Shown: positions 25,050 through 34,444 of the stretch, in pieces
How the letters are laid out: every line of letters starts with the position of its first letter
Numbering within the stretch: position 1 is the first letter of the stretch
Assembly (NCBI GenBank): GCA_963782055.1
Contig: CAWAIF010000003.1
Location: 5,536,001-5,600,000 of the forward strand
DNA from: an uncultured delta proteobacterium
GTDB lineage: Bacteria > Myxococcota_A > Polyangia > Polyangiales > Polyangiaceae
Reading direction: 5' to 3'
DNA length: 64,000 nt
Translations under genes and position numbers: made by a program
The notes under the pieces: model-generated
Databases searched by the model: none
What the model was told of the DNA's origin: nothing
What the model saw: only the letters and a program-made list of their open reading frames with translations

Positions 25050-25972
25050 GAGTGCGCCTCCTTCGCTTCCGCTTCCTCGACCTCGACCTCGTCCTCGACG
25101 AGCTCCACGGCCAGGGCGTGGGTCTTCTCGAGCAGGGCCCGGGTCTTGTCCATGTCGAACTTGGGGTCCTCCACCTCGATCGAGATGAAGAACTGGTCGT
25201 CGGTGGCGCTGCGGAAGCGCTCCGACTCGAAGAGCGGGTGGTTGTGGCGGGGCAGCTTGTTCATGCCGAGCATCGTCAGGATGGCGCCCCACGCGGAGGC
25301 GAGGACCATGAGCTCGAACATGATGGGGACCGACGACGGCAGGGAGAAGCCGGGCTTGTCGCCGATGGGGATGCGGTAGTCGACGCCACCCATCCACCAC
25401 ATCATCAGGTAGGCGCCGGTGACGCCGCAGAAGCCGGCGGCGAAGACGAAGAAGCCGAGCTTGCTGTCCTTGAGGCCCATCGCCGCGTCCATCCCGTGGA
25501 CCGGGAAGGGCGAGTGGGAGTCCCACTTGGTGTAGCCGGCGTCGCGCACCTTCTCGGCCGCGTGCAGGATCTTGGCGGAGGAGTCGTACTGGGCGAGCAG
25601 CAGGGCGGGACGCTTCTTCTTCGGACGCGCGGGGGGCGCATCCTCCTCGTCCTCGTCCTCCTCGTCCTCGTCGTCCTCGTCGTCCTCTTCGTCCTCGTCC
25701 TCTTCTTCTTCTTCTTCGCCGTCGTCGCCCTCGTCCTCGTGGCGCGCAGGGGCGGCGGACTTCTTCTCCTCCGCCTCCTCGGCGTCCGGCGCGGACTTGG
25801 CCTCCGACGCCTCGTCCTTCTTGGGCTCGTCCTTCGCGGACGCGTCCTTCTTGGACTCGGCCTTCGCGGACGCGTCCTTCTTGGACTCGGCCTTCTCCGG
25901 CTCGGCCTTCTCGGACGCGTCCTTCTTGGACTCGTCCTTCTCGGTCTCTTTGCTCTTGGGATCCTCAGCCAT
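25046..25972 (-). CDS. actD: Alternative complex III subunit D (DUF3341) with a charged N-terminal extension
   Basis: DSHSPFPVHGMD, GDKPGFS and PIMFELMVL; two TM. Confidence 0.92.
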   Translation of the reverse strand: MAEDPKSKETEKDESKKDASEKAEPEKAESKKDASAKAESKKDASAKDEPKKDEASEAKSAPDAEEAEEKKSAAPARHEDEGDDGEEEEEEDEDEEDDEDDEDEEDEDEEDAPPARPKKKRPALLLAQYDSSAKILHAAEKVRDAGYTKWDSHSPFPVHGMDAAMGLKDSKLGFFVFAAGFCGVTGAYLMMWWMGGVDYRIPIGDKPGFSLPSSVPIMFELMVLASAWGAILTMLGMNKLPRHNHPLFESERFRSATDDQFFISIEVEDPKFDMDKTRALLEKTHALAVELVEDEVEVEEAEAKEAHS

Positions 25973-25975
25973 CGC

Positions 25976-27418
25976 TCACTCTCCAGGGGCCAGAGCCGCG
26001 TCGCCGGCGTGCGCGTGCTCTTCGGCGTGGTGCGATTCGTCGTGCGGGTTGGCCTGCGGCATGACGCCCTTGACCTCCGAGATGGCGACCATCGGCACCC
26101 AGCGAATGAACAGCAGGAAGCAGGTGAAGAAGAGGCCGAGCGTCCCGGTGAAGGTGCAGACGTCGAGCATCGTCGGGCGGTAGTAGCCCCAGGACGAGGG
26201 CAGGAAGTCGCGGTGCAGCGAGGTGACGATGAGCACGAAGCGCTCGAACCACATGCCGATGTTCACCGCGATGGAGATGACGAACATCACCGGGATGCTG
26301 GTGCGCAGCTTCTTGAACCAGAAGAGCTGCGGCGAGATCACGTTGCAGGTGATCATCGTCCAGTAGGCCCAGGCGTACGGGCCGAAGGCGCGGTTGAGGA
26401 AGGCGTACTTCTCGTACTCGTTGCCCGAGTACGCCGCGATGAAGAACTCCATGCCGTACGAGTAGCCAACCAGGCTGCCCGTCACGAGGATGATCTTGTT
26501 CATCAGCTCGAGGTGCTTGAGCGTGATGACCGACTTCATCCCGTAGACCGCGCGGGTGACGATCATCAGGGTCTGCACCATCGCGAAGCCGGAGAAGACG
26601 GCGCCGGCGACGAAGTACGGCGGGAAGATCGTCGTGTGCCAGCCGGGGAGCACCGCGGTGGCGAAGTCGAAGGAGACGACCGAGTGCACCGAGAGGACCA
26701 GCGGCGTGGAGAGGGCCGCCAGGATCAGGTACATGCGCTCGTAGTGCTGCCAGTGGCGGTTCGCGCCGCGCCAGCCGAGGGAGAGGAACCCGTAGACGGC
26801 GCGGCGGATCTTGCCGCGGCGGCCTGTCATGCCCATCGCGCGGTCGCGGAGCAGCGCCAGGTCCGGGATGAGGCCGGAGTACCAGAAGAGCAGCGAGACG
26901 GTGAAGTAGGTGCTGACCGCGAAGAGGTCCCAGATGAGCGGGCTCTTGAAGTTCGGCCAGATCCCCATCTGATTGGGGATCGGGAACATGTAGTACGCGT
27001 ACCAGACGCGCCCGACGTGGATGCCCGGGAAGAGCAAGGCGCAGATGACGGCGAAGATCGTCATCGCCTCCGCCGCGCGGTTGATGCCGGTGCGCCACTT
27101 CTGCCGGAAGATGAAGAGGACCGCGCTGATGAGCGTGCCGGCGTGACCGATACCGATCCACCAGACGAAGTTGGTGATGTCCCACGCCCAGTACACCGGC
27201 GCGTTGTTTCCCCAGACGCCGACGCCCTCCCAGAAGAGGTAGCCGATGGTCGTGAAGAGGATCCCGGTGAAGGTGGACGTGATCATGAAGGCGATCCACC
27301 AGTTGCGTGGCGCCTTCTTCTCCGTCACGCCGCAGACCGTGTCGCTCACCTCATGGAAGGACATGCCCTCCTTGGTGAGGTAGGTCTCTCCGATTGCCTT
27401 GATGGGACGATTGCTCAT
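25976..27418 (-). CDS. actC: Alternative complex III subunit C (NrfD/PsrC family)
   Basis: [51 protein letters not shown] and GMWFERF. Confidence 0.96.
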   Translation of the reverse strand: MSNRPIKAIGETYLTKEGMSFHEVSDTVCGVTEKKAPRNWWIAFMITSTFTGILFTTIGYLFWEGVGVWGNNAPVYWAWDITNFVWWIGIGHAGTLISAVLFIFRQKWRTGINRAAEAMTIFAVICALLFPGIHVGRVWYAYYMFPIPNQMGIWPNFKSPLIWDLFAVSTYFTVSLLFWYSGLIPDLALLRDRAMGMTGRRGKIRRAVYGFLSLGWRGANRHWQHYERMYLILAALSTPLVLSVHSVVSFDFATAVLPGWHTTIFPPYFVAGAVFSGFAMVQTLMIVTRAVYGMKSVITLKHLELMNKIILVTGSLVGYSYGMEFFIAAYSGNEYEKYAFLNRAFGPYAWAYWTMITCNVISPQLFWFKKLRTSIPVMFVISIAVNIGMWFERFVLIVTSLHRDFLPSSWGYYRPTMLDVCTFTGTLGLFFTCFLLFIRWVPMVAISEVKGVMPQANPHDESHHAEEHAHAGDAALAPGE

Positions 27419-27430
27419 CAGGCCGTCCTC

Positions 27431-30400
27431 CTACTCGTGCGAGGGGCCATGGCCCTCGCCCTCTCCGGGCGCCGCCGGGCCCTGGAGCTCTCGATTGGGA
27501 TTGCGGATCTTCCCGAGGTGATGCGTACGCGGCCGCGTGCCGACCTCCGCGAGGAGGGCGTAGCTGCGGTCGAGCTTGTACAGGTGCGTGACATCGTCCT
27601 TGGGGTTGTTGAGATCGCCGAAGACGATGGCGTCGGCCGGGCAGGTCTGCTGGCAGGCCGTCTTGATCTCGTTCGGCCGCATGGCGCGGTCCTCACGCCG
27701 GGCGGCGATCTTGGCTTCCTCGATGCGCTGCGTGCAGTAGGAGCACTTCTCCATGACGCCGCGCATGCGCACGGTGACGTTCGGGTTGAAGGCCATCTTC
27801 TCGGTCTCCGGCATGTCGCCGTACATCGAGCCGATGGCCGCGGGCACCGTGTAGCCGCGCCAGTTGAGGAAGTTGAAGCGGCGGACCTTGTAGGGGCAGT
27901 TGTTGCCGCAGTAGCGAGTGCCGATGCAGCGGTTGTACGTCATGTCGTTCAGGCCCTCGGCGCTGTGCGACGTGGCGTTGACCGGGCAGACGTTCTCGCA
28001 GGGGGCCTCCTCGCACTGCACGCAGGCGACGGGCTGGAAGGCGACCTCCGGGCTGGTCTCGTCGTCGCCGACGAAGTAGCGGTCGATGCGGAGCCAGTGC
28101 ATCTCGCGGCCGCGGTAGACCTGCGTCTTGCCCACGAAGGCGATGTTGTTCTCGGCGATGCACGCCACCACGCACGCGTTACAGCCGGTGCACGTGGTGA
28201 GGTCGATCGACATCCCCCACTTGTGGTCCTTGTACTGGATGGGATCCCACAGGGGCAGGGTCTTCGGCGTGGGCGAGCGGTACTTGGTGAAGCGCGGGTC
28301 GTCGCGGTACTGGGCGATGGTCGCGTCCAGCGCGAGGGGGCGCCCCTCCATCGAGTGGTGATCCTGCGTCTGGACGATGTGGTAGGTCGCGCCGGTCTTC
28401 TGGACCTTCACGCCGTCGGCCATCTGCATCGCCGCGGTGGTGCGCAGCGGGTAGGCGTCGAAGCCGGTGCCGTTGCCGTAGCGGCCGGCGGACTTGCGCC
28501 CCCAGCCGAGGGTGAGGCCGACGCTGTCGTCGGGGTGACCGGGCTGGATCCACACCGCGGCCTCGACCGGCTGCGCGCCGTCGCGGCTGATGGTGACCAT
28601 GTCGCCCGCCTGCAGCCCGAGGGCGGCGGCGGTCTTGGCCGAGAAGAGCGCGGCGTTGTCCCAGACGATCTTCGTCATGGGCTCGGGCAGCTCCTGCAGC
28701 CACGGGTTGTTGGCGTGGCGGCCGTCGTGCATCTTCGCGCAGGGCGTGAAGGTGACCTCCAGGTTGCCGTTGCCGATGGCCTTGGGCGCGGGCGCCTTCT
28801 TCAGGGCGCCGGCGACGTCGTCGAGGGTCGCGCGGGCGTCGAAGGTGACCGAGTTGCTGTCGATCACGAAGCCGCGGCGGAGCGCGGTGTCCCACGCGCC
28901 CTCGAAGCCGTGCGCGGAGGCGGCGGAGGAGCGGAAGGTGGTCTGCACCAGCTCGTGCCCGATGGGCTTCTCGCCGGCGAGGACCGCGAGCACCTCGATG
29001 GCGGTGCGGCCGTAGAACAGCGGCGCGATGAGCGGCTGCTGCAGCGACCACGTGCCGTCGATGGCGCGGGCGTCGCCCCAGCTCTCCAGGTCGTGCGCCA
29101 TGGGCACGTGCCAGGCGACCTTCTCGCCCGTCTCGTCGAAGTGCGACGCGACGTGGATCGACATGGCCGCCTTGCCGATGGCGTCGGCGATCTTCACGTC
29201 CGACGGGGCGTCGTAGACCGGGTTGCCGCCCAGGATGAGCAGCGTGTCGACCTTGCCCTGGGCGAGGTCGTCCGCGAGGACCTTGAGGTCGGCGGCGAGA
29301 TCGGGCGGCTCGGTGGTGTCGACCACCGGGGCGTAGGTCACCGTGCGGCCGACGTTGTCGAGCGCGGTGTTCATCGCGTGGACGAGGGCGTGGACGTGCG
29401 CGGGCTGCCGGCGGCCGGCGACGACGACGCACTGCCCCTTGTGGGCGATCAGCTCCTTGGCGATCTCCTTGATCCACTTCTCCGGCACGTTCGACTTGGC
29501 GCCGCCGACGGCGTCCTTCACGGCGCCGAGCTCGGCGCCCTGGGCGGCGAGCTCCGCGGCCAGGGCGCGCGCGTAGGTCTCGATGTCGTGCGCGGCGAGG
29601 CGCAGGCGGTGATCGGCGTTGGCGCCGGTGACGGTGTGCAGCGGCTCGACGACGAACAGACGCGACATGGTGTCGCGCGGGCGCAGGACCCGTCGACCAC
29701 GGGAGAACTGCTTCGTCGCGCGCAGCGCGCCTTGCTCCGTCTGCAGGAAGTCGGAGTCCAGCGAGAGGATGACGCGCGCGGCGCGGTAGTCGGGCAGCGG
29801 CGTGGTGGCCTGCCCGAAGGCGATGCGCGCGCCCTCGCGGGAGTTGGACTCGGAGACGGGGGCGTAGACGTGCACGCGGGCGTGCGGCAGACGGGCGCGC
29901 GCGGCCTCCAGCAGCCGCATCACCGTCGGCGAGACGGTGGGCTGCATGAGCACGCGGAACTTGGCCCCGCCGTCGGCGAGGGCGGCGCGCACCGCGCCGT
30001 CGAACGCCTTGTCGAAGGCCTCGAAGCTGGACTTCTTGCCCTTCTCGCGGACCATCGTCGAGCGATCGGCCGCGTACATGTCCATGATGGCGCCCTGCAT
30101 GAGCAGGTCGGCGGAGCCGAGGCTCGTCGGATGCTCCGGGTTGCCCTCCACCTTCGTCGGGCGGCCCTCGTGGCTCTCCACCAGCGCGCCGACCGCCTCG
30201 CCGCGGCGGTACACGACCGTCGCGTAGTGCATCGGCACGCCGGGGATCACGTACTCCGGTGCCTTGGTGTAGGGCAGGATGTGCTCCACCCCGCGGCGCA
30301 GGCAACCCTCGCTCATCAGCGCGGCGCCTGCGGCGCCGAGACCGAGGAAGCCGCGGCGCCCGAGGCGCGCCTTGGACTCCTCCGGCTTGGGCTTGATGAC

Positions 30401-30541
30401 GTCGCCCACGGCGCCAGGCTGGAACTCGAGCTCCGCGGCGGCCGCGGCGGCCTCCGGCTGGCGCTTCTCCTCCAGGCTCTTCCAGAAGACCTTGGCGCCG
30501 TCCTCCGGCGCCTGGAACTCACGCGGTTTGCGGCGGCTCAT
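27431..30541 (-). CDS. actB: Alternative complex III subunit B (molybdopterin-oxidoreductase-like + Fe-S domain)
   Basis: Tat RRGFL; EGRPTKVEGNPEHP; NNPWLQELP; CTGCNACVVAC, CVQCEEAPCENVCP, CIGTRYCGNNCPY and MEKC.YC. Confidence 0.96.
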   Translation of the reverse strand: MSRRKPREFQAPEDGAKVFWKSLEEKRQPEAAAAAAELEFQPGAVGDVIKPKPEESKARLGRRGFLGLGAAGAALMSEGCLRRGVEHILPYTKAPEYVIPGVPMHYATVVYRRGEAVGALVESHEGRPTKVEGNPEHPTSLGSADLLMQGAIMDMYAADRSTMVREKGKKSSFEAFDKAFDGAVRAALADGGAKFRVLMQPTVSPTVMRLLEAARARLPHARVHVYAPVSESNSREGARIAFGQATTPLPDYRAARVILSLDSDFLQTEQGALRATKQFSRGRRVLRPRDTMSRLFVVEPLHTVTGANADHRLRLAAHDIETYARALAAELAAQGAELGAVKDAVGGAKSNVPEKWIKEIAKELIAHKGQCVVVAGRRQPAHVHALVHAMNTALDNVGRTVTYAPVVDTTEPPDLAADLKVLADDLAQGKVDTLLILGGNPVYDAPSDVKIADAIGKAAMSIHVASHFDETGEKVAWHVPMAHDLESWGDARAIDGTWSLQQPLIAPLFYGRTAIEVLAVLAGEKPIGHELVQTTFRSSAASAHGFEGAWDTALRRGFVIDSNSVTFDARATLDDVAGALKKAPAPKAIGNGNLEVTFTPCAKMHDGRHANNPWLQELPEPMTKIVWDNAALFSAKTAAALGLQAGDMVTISRDGAQPVEAAVWIQPGHPDDSVGLTLGWGRKSAGRYGNGTGFDAYPLRTTAAMQMADGVKVQKTGATYHIVQTQDHHSMEGRPLALDATIAQYRDDPRFTKYRSPTPKTLPLWDPIQYKDHKWGMSIDLTTCTGCNACVVACIAENNIAFVGKTQVYRGREMHWLRIDRYFVGDDETSPEVAFQPVACVQCEEAPCENVCPVNATSHSAEGLNDMTYNRCIGTRYCGNNCPYKVRRFNFLNWRGYTVPAAIGSMYGDMPETEKMAFNPNVTVRMRGVMEKCSYCTQRIEEAKIAARREDRAMRPNEIKTACQQTCPADAIVFGDLNNPKDDVTHLYKLDRSYALLAEVGTRPRTHHLGKIRNPNRELQGPAAPGEGEGHGPSHE

Positions 30542-31167
30542 CGGTGACACCCCGAGCAGTACGTGGGGGGATGAACTTCGGGAGGCGTCCAGCCGGGCGG
30601 GGCCTGATCGCGCGTCCACGTCATGTTGGTGATCTGGTCCTTCGGTCGAAGGTTGGGCGTCGGGTTGCGGTGGCACTCCAGGCACCACTGCATCGCGATG
30701 GGCTGGTCCAGCCGGACGACGTCCATCTGGTCGATGCGGCCGTGGCACGTCACGCAACCGACGCCCACCGCGAGGTGGACGCTGTGGTTGAAGTAGACGT
30801 GCTCGGGCAGCTTGTGGACCTTGACCCACTTGACCGGCTTGCCCGTCTTCCAGCTCTCGCGGATGGGCTCCAGCTTCGCGCTCTTGGTTCTCACCACCGC
30901 GTGGCAGCCCATGCAGGTCTGCGTGGGCGGGATCATCGCGTGCGCCGACCGCTCGATCTGAGCGTGGCAGTAGCGACAGTCCATGCCCATCTGCCCGGCG
31001 TGCAGGCGGTGGCTGTAGGGGACGGGCTGCTCCGGCTCATAGCCGACCTGGAAATTCTTCGGCGAGAAGTAGTACCAGGGGATGCAGACGACGGCGACGA
31101 ACGCCACTGCGGACCCCAGGGTGCCGATGAGCGGCAGCTTGTTCAGGGAACGGGGGAAAATTTGCAT
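30538..31167 (-). CDS. actA: Alternative complex III pentaheme cytochrome c subunit A
   Basis: Five CxxCH motifs (CRYCH, CMGCH, CVTCH, CLECH, CSGCH), N-terminal TM and PEQPVPYSH. Confidence 0.96.
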   Translation of the reverse strand: MQIFPRSLNKLPLIGTLGSAVAFVAVVCIPWYYFSPKNFQVGYEPEQPVPYSHRLHAGQMGMDCRYCHAQIERSAHAMIPPTQTCMGCHAVVRTKSAKLEPIRESWKTGKPVKWVKVHKLPEHVYFNHSVHLAVGVGCVTCHGRIDQMDVVRLDQPIAMQWCLECHRNPTPNLRPKDQITNMTWTRDQAPPGWTPPEVHPPTYCSGCHR

Positions 31168-31310
31168 CGCTGCGTTGGCCTTGTTCGGGCGCGGGCCCCG
31201 AGAGGCACTCGAACGTCACGACGAGCCGCCCCAACGGATGGCGGAGCCGGTTTGCGGGGTCCGTTCACGCGGGCCACACGCCCCTGCTCGGACGCTGGAA
31301 TGCGGCCGCA

Positions 31311-31340
31311 CTTATAAGAGAGCAGGGCGGCGCTATACAA
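31311..31340 (-). promoter_or_regulatory. Candidate sigma70-type promoter of the act-cox operon
   Basis: Minus strand TTGTAT-18 nt-TATAAG in an AT-rich patch about 145 bp upstream of actA. Confidence 0.5.
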
Positions 31341-31529
31341 CCCCGTTGATGGTGCCCGACGCAGTTTCCTGGGTGCGTGTGTGCGAGCGCTTCCGGAGTC
31401 GCCAAATTCGCGAAATGGTTTCGCTCCCTCCATGCCAAAGGGACAGCGGGCGGGGCAGCAGCGCTCAACCCGAGCGCCCGGGCGCGTGGCGGAGGGCCCC
31501 GAGGAGGCGCGGCGCCGGGCGCGTTTTGC

Positions 31530-32006
31530 TCAGCGCGCCTTCGACTGCTGGATGATGCGCGCCGCCTCGGCGGCGTGCGTCGGGCAGGTGCGGGCGAGCT
31601 CGTCGACCTGGACCCACTCGCTCGGGCCCTTGGCGGGGCCTTCCTGGGTGGCGCGGGCCGGGAGCCGTCGCAGGACGGTGGCCGTGGAGACCACATAGTG
31701 ATGGCCCTTGGCGAAGTCCGCGCTGTCCGGCACGCGTGCGCGGATGGCCACCAGGATGCCGTCGTGAAACTCGAAGCTGGCCTGGTAGGGGTCCCGCGAG
31801 GCGGTGCCCTTCGGCTCCCAGGTCATCGCGTAGTCGGTGGGCGTGGCCTTGCTCGCGAAGGACCCCGGCGGCGTGAAGCGGGTGCGCACCTCTCCCGGCG
31901 TCATGCCGAGGCGCACGCCGTAGAAGTCGGGCACGGCCGACCCCTTGGTGCAGGCCGACCCGAGCGTCGCGAGGAGCGCCAGGCACAGCAGGAGCACCGC
32001 CTTCAC
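31530..32006 (-). CDS. Hypothetical lipoprotein
   Basis: LGSAC lipobox; FYGVRLGMTPGEVR and FEFHDGILVAIRA. Confidence 0.75.
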   Translation of the reverse strand: MKAVLLLCLALLATLGSACTKGSAVPDFYGVRLGMTPGEVRTRFTPPGSFASKATPTDYAMTWEPKGTASRDPYQASFEFHDGILVAIRARVPDSADFAKGHHYVVSTATVLRRLPARATQEGPAKGPSEWVQVDELARTCPTHAAEAARIIQQSKAR

Positions 32007-32009
32007 GGG

Positions 32010-32915
32010 TCAGCCTAGGAGCGCGTCGACCACGATCGCCGCGAAGAGGCCGACGAGATAGACGAGCGAGGTCAAGAAGACGAGCCGCGCCGACCTGAGG
32101 GAGGCGCCGCGGCGCAGGCCGACGAGGCCTGTCCCGAGCCAGCCGGCGCCGAGGAGGACCGCCAGCACCAGGTACAGGTGGTGCGAGACGTGGAGCGGCA
32201 CCAGCAGCACGCTCACGCAGAGCAGGGCGCCGACGTAGCGGACGATGGAGTGCCGGGCGGCGTTGTCGCCCTCCACGTTGGGCAGCACCACGAGGCCCGC
32301 GCGCTGGTACTCCAGCTTGCGAAACAGGGCGATCGCGTGAAAATGCGGGATCTGCCAGAGAAAGAGGATGGCGAAGAGGACCAGCCCACCGGCGTCGACG
32401 CGGCCGGTCGCGGCTGTCCACCCGAGGAGCGGGGGGATCGCGCCGGGAACGGCGCCGACCTGCAACGCCCAGTGCGAGCGCTGCTTGAGCGGCGTGTACG
32501 CCAGCACGTAGAGCAGGTTGGCCAGCAGGGCGAGCAGCGCGGTGGTCCCGTTGACGCCCAGCGCGAGGATCGGGAGCGAGGCGACCGAGAGCGCCACGCC
32601 GAACCACAGCGCGACGGCAGGCGCCATGCGACGCGCCGGCAGCGGGCGATCCTTCGTCCGCTTCATGAGGCCGTCGATGTCGCGCTCGATGACCATGTTG
32701 AGCGCGTTGGCGCCGGCGACGACGAGCGCGGTGCCGAGCAGGGTGAGGGCGACGGTGAGCGGCGCCACCTTGGCGGGCGCCAGCCAGAGGCCTCCGCCCG
32801 TGGTGACGAGCACCATCGCGGTGATCCGCGGCTTGGTCAGCGCGACGAGATCACGCAGGGCGAGGCGGGGACGATCGGCCTCGAGCGCGCTGGAAATGGC
32901 GTGGGGACTCTGCAC
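32010..32915 (-). CDS. ctaB: Protoheme IX farnesyltransferase (heme O synthase)
   Basis: LTKPRI, ERDID.LMKRTKDRPLP, YTPLK, GAIPPL.GW and WQIPHF. Confidence 0.95.
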   Translation of the reverse strand: MQSPHAISSALEADRPRLALRDLVALTKPRITAMVLVTTGGGLWLAPAKVAPLTVALTLLGTALVVAGANALNMVIERDIDGLMKRTKDRPLPARRMAPAVALWFGVALSVASLPILALGVNGTTALLALLANLLYVLAYTPLKQRSHWALQVGAVPGAIPPLLGWTAATGRVDAGGLVLFAILFLWQIPHFHAIALFRKLEYQRAGLVVLPNVEGDNAARHSIVRYVGALLCVSVLLVPLHVSHHLYLVLAVLLGAGWLGTGLVGLRRGASLRSARLVFLTSLVYLVGLFAAIVVDALLG

Positions 32916-33012
32916 GGGAAAGGCGCGCGAGTTTTAGGAAAGGGAGACGCGCGCGTCAACCGGAACACGCCTCCGCGGCGAAGCGTGACCGCGTGCCCCG
33001 TCTTCCTGAAGC

Positions 33013-33735
33013 TCAGCGCAGGGCATCGACGAGCGCGACGCCGGTGATCGCCAGCCAGGCGAACGCCAGCGCGCCGAACCCGAGGGCTCGGACGAGGAGC
33101 TGCCAGACGGGCGCCTCGTCGTGGCCGCTCCACGACTCGAAGGGGAAGCGCCATGGGCGCGCGGTGCATGCGGCGGTCGCCCGGTAGCGAACGGTCCGCG
33201 GCGGGGCGACACGGTAGGCGGCCTGCTCGCCGACCTCTTCCTCGGCGTGGACCAGCAGGCACGCCTCGCGCTCGCCGGTGGCGGCGGCGGACCAGAGCTG
33301 CTCGCGCACCGCCGAGAGATCGACGCTGGACTCCGACACGCCCACGCCCAAGGGCGCTCCGCCGGCGTCCAGACGGGCGCGCACCCAGCCAGAGCTCCCC
33401 GGCTCGAGGCTCGCGAGAGGGACGGGCGGCGCGGGCGTGGGCACGGAGAAGGCGCGGTGCTTCGGCGCGACACGCAGCACGCCACCAAGGCCGCGGCCGC
33501 CGACGCCGAGCATCGCCACGGCGTGGACGACGCCGACCGCTCCCTGCCCGACGGCGATCACCCCGACCGCGACCTGACCGATGGCGACCACGCCCCGCGC
33601 GAGCTGGCCGATCGCGATCACTCCGAGGGCGCTCTGGCCGAGGGCGATCACGCCGACGGCCTCCTGGCCGACCGCGACGAGCCCTGGACTTCTGGGATCG
33701 GTCGAGAAGAGCCTCACGCTGCGTGATCGTAGCAT
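33013..33735 (-). CDS. Hypothetical membrane protein with 10-residue G-x-x-A-x-G-Q repeats
   Basis: GLVAVGQEAV GVIALGQSAL GVIAIGQLAR GVVAIGQVAV GVIAVGQGAV; C-terminal TM. Confidence 0.7.
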   Translation of the reverse strand: MLRSRSVRLFSTDPRSPGLVAVGQEAVGVIALGQSALGVIAIGQLARGVVAIGQVAVGVIAVGQGAVGVVHAVAMLGVGGRGLGGVLRVAPKHRAFSVPTPAPPVPLASLEPGSSGWVRARLDAGGAPLGVGVSESSVDLSAVREQLWSAAATGEREACLLVHAEEEVGEQAAYRVAPPRTVRYRATAACTARPWRFPFESWSGHDEAPVWQLLVRALGFGALAFAWLAITGVALVDALR

Positions 33736-33840
33736 CCCGCAGCGCGTGCAGCCCCGCGCACTGCTTGCGCGATCGGCGCCGAGCAGGCACGCAGGATTCG
33801 CAAAGGGTGAGGCGGCACGACCCTCGCAAGAATGCGCCGC

Positions 33841-34440
33841 ATGAGCGACAAACCGCACCCCCGCACCGTCGTCCTCGCCGCGATCGACGCATCTCCCGCG
33901 TCTGCGCACGTGGTCGCGTCCGCCGCCCGGTTCGCCACCACCCCGGGCGGCGAGCTGCACATCGTCCACGTCATCGACAGCGCGGACGCCAAGCACTACC
34001 GCGAGCAGGTCGCACGCGCGGCGAAGCTGCTCGACGCGGCCGCGAAGGACGCGCCGCGGGTGGAGCACGTGACGCTGCACATCGCCGCGGGCACCGCGTG
34101 GCGAGAGATCCTGCAGATCGCCGCCAACACGCAGGCAGACGTGCTCGTCATCGGGTCGCACGACCTGAGCTCCATCGAGAAGCTGGTGCTCGGCAGTGTC
34201 GCCGACCCGGTCGTGCACAAGGCGCAGTGCCCGGTGTTCGTCGTGCGTCGGAAGGATTACCACAACAAGGCCGTCCCGGAGATCGAGCCTCCGTGCCCCG
34301 ACTGCCTCACCGCGCAGCGCGAGTCGGGCGGGCGCGAGCTGTGGTGCGAGCATCACAAGGGGCGCCACGCGCACGGGCGGACGCACTACGAGCTGCCGGA
34401 GCCGTTCGCCCTCGGGATGATGCTCATCCGCGACGAGTAG
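33841..34440 (+). CDS. Universal stress protein with a C-terminal Cys/His motif
   Basis: VLAAIDAS, ADVLVIGSH and LGSVAD.VV..AQCPVFVVR; tail CPDC...WCEHH. Confidence 0.9.
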   Translation: MSDKPHPRTVVLAAIDASPASAHVVASAARFATTPGGELHIVHVIDSADAKHYREQVARAAKLLDAAAKDAPRVEHVTLHIAAGTAWREILQIAANTQADVLVIGSHDLSSIEKLVLGSVADPVVHKAQCPVFVVRRKDYHNKAVPEIEPPCPDCLTAQRESGGRELWCEHHKGRHAHGRTHYELPEPFALGMMLIRDE

Positions 34441-34444
34441 GGGC

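Noticed and set aside
27431..30541. Active molybdoenzyme (e.g. polysulfide or nitrate reductase)
   Set aside because: The context (actA, C, D, E, F) and fused Fe-S domain identify it as ActB, which is known to lack the Mo cofactor.
24971..30547. 1858-aa plus-strand ORF
   Set aside because: Antisense shadow of actBCD.
31346..31359. FNR box upstream of actA
   Set aside because: Only one half-site (TTGAT) matches; the other half does not.
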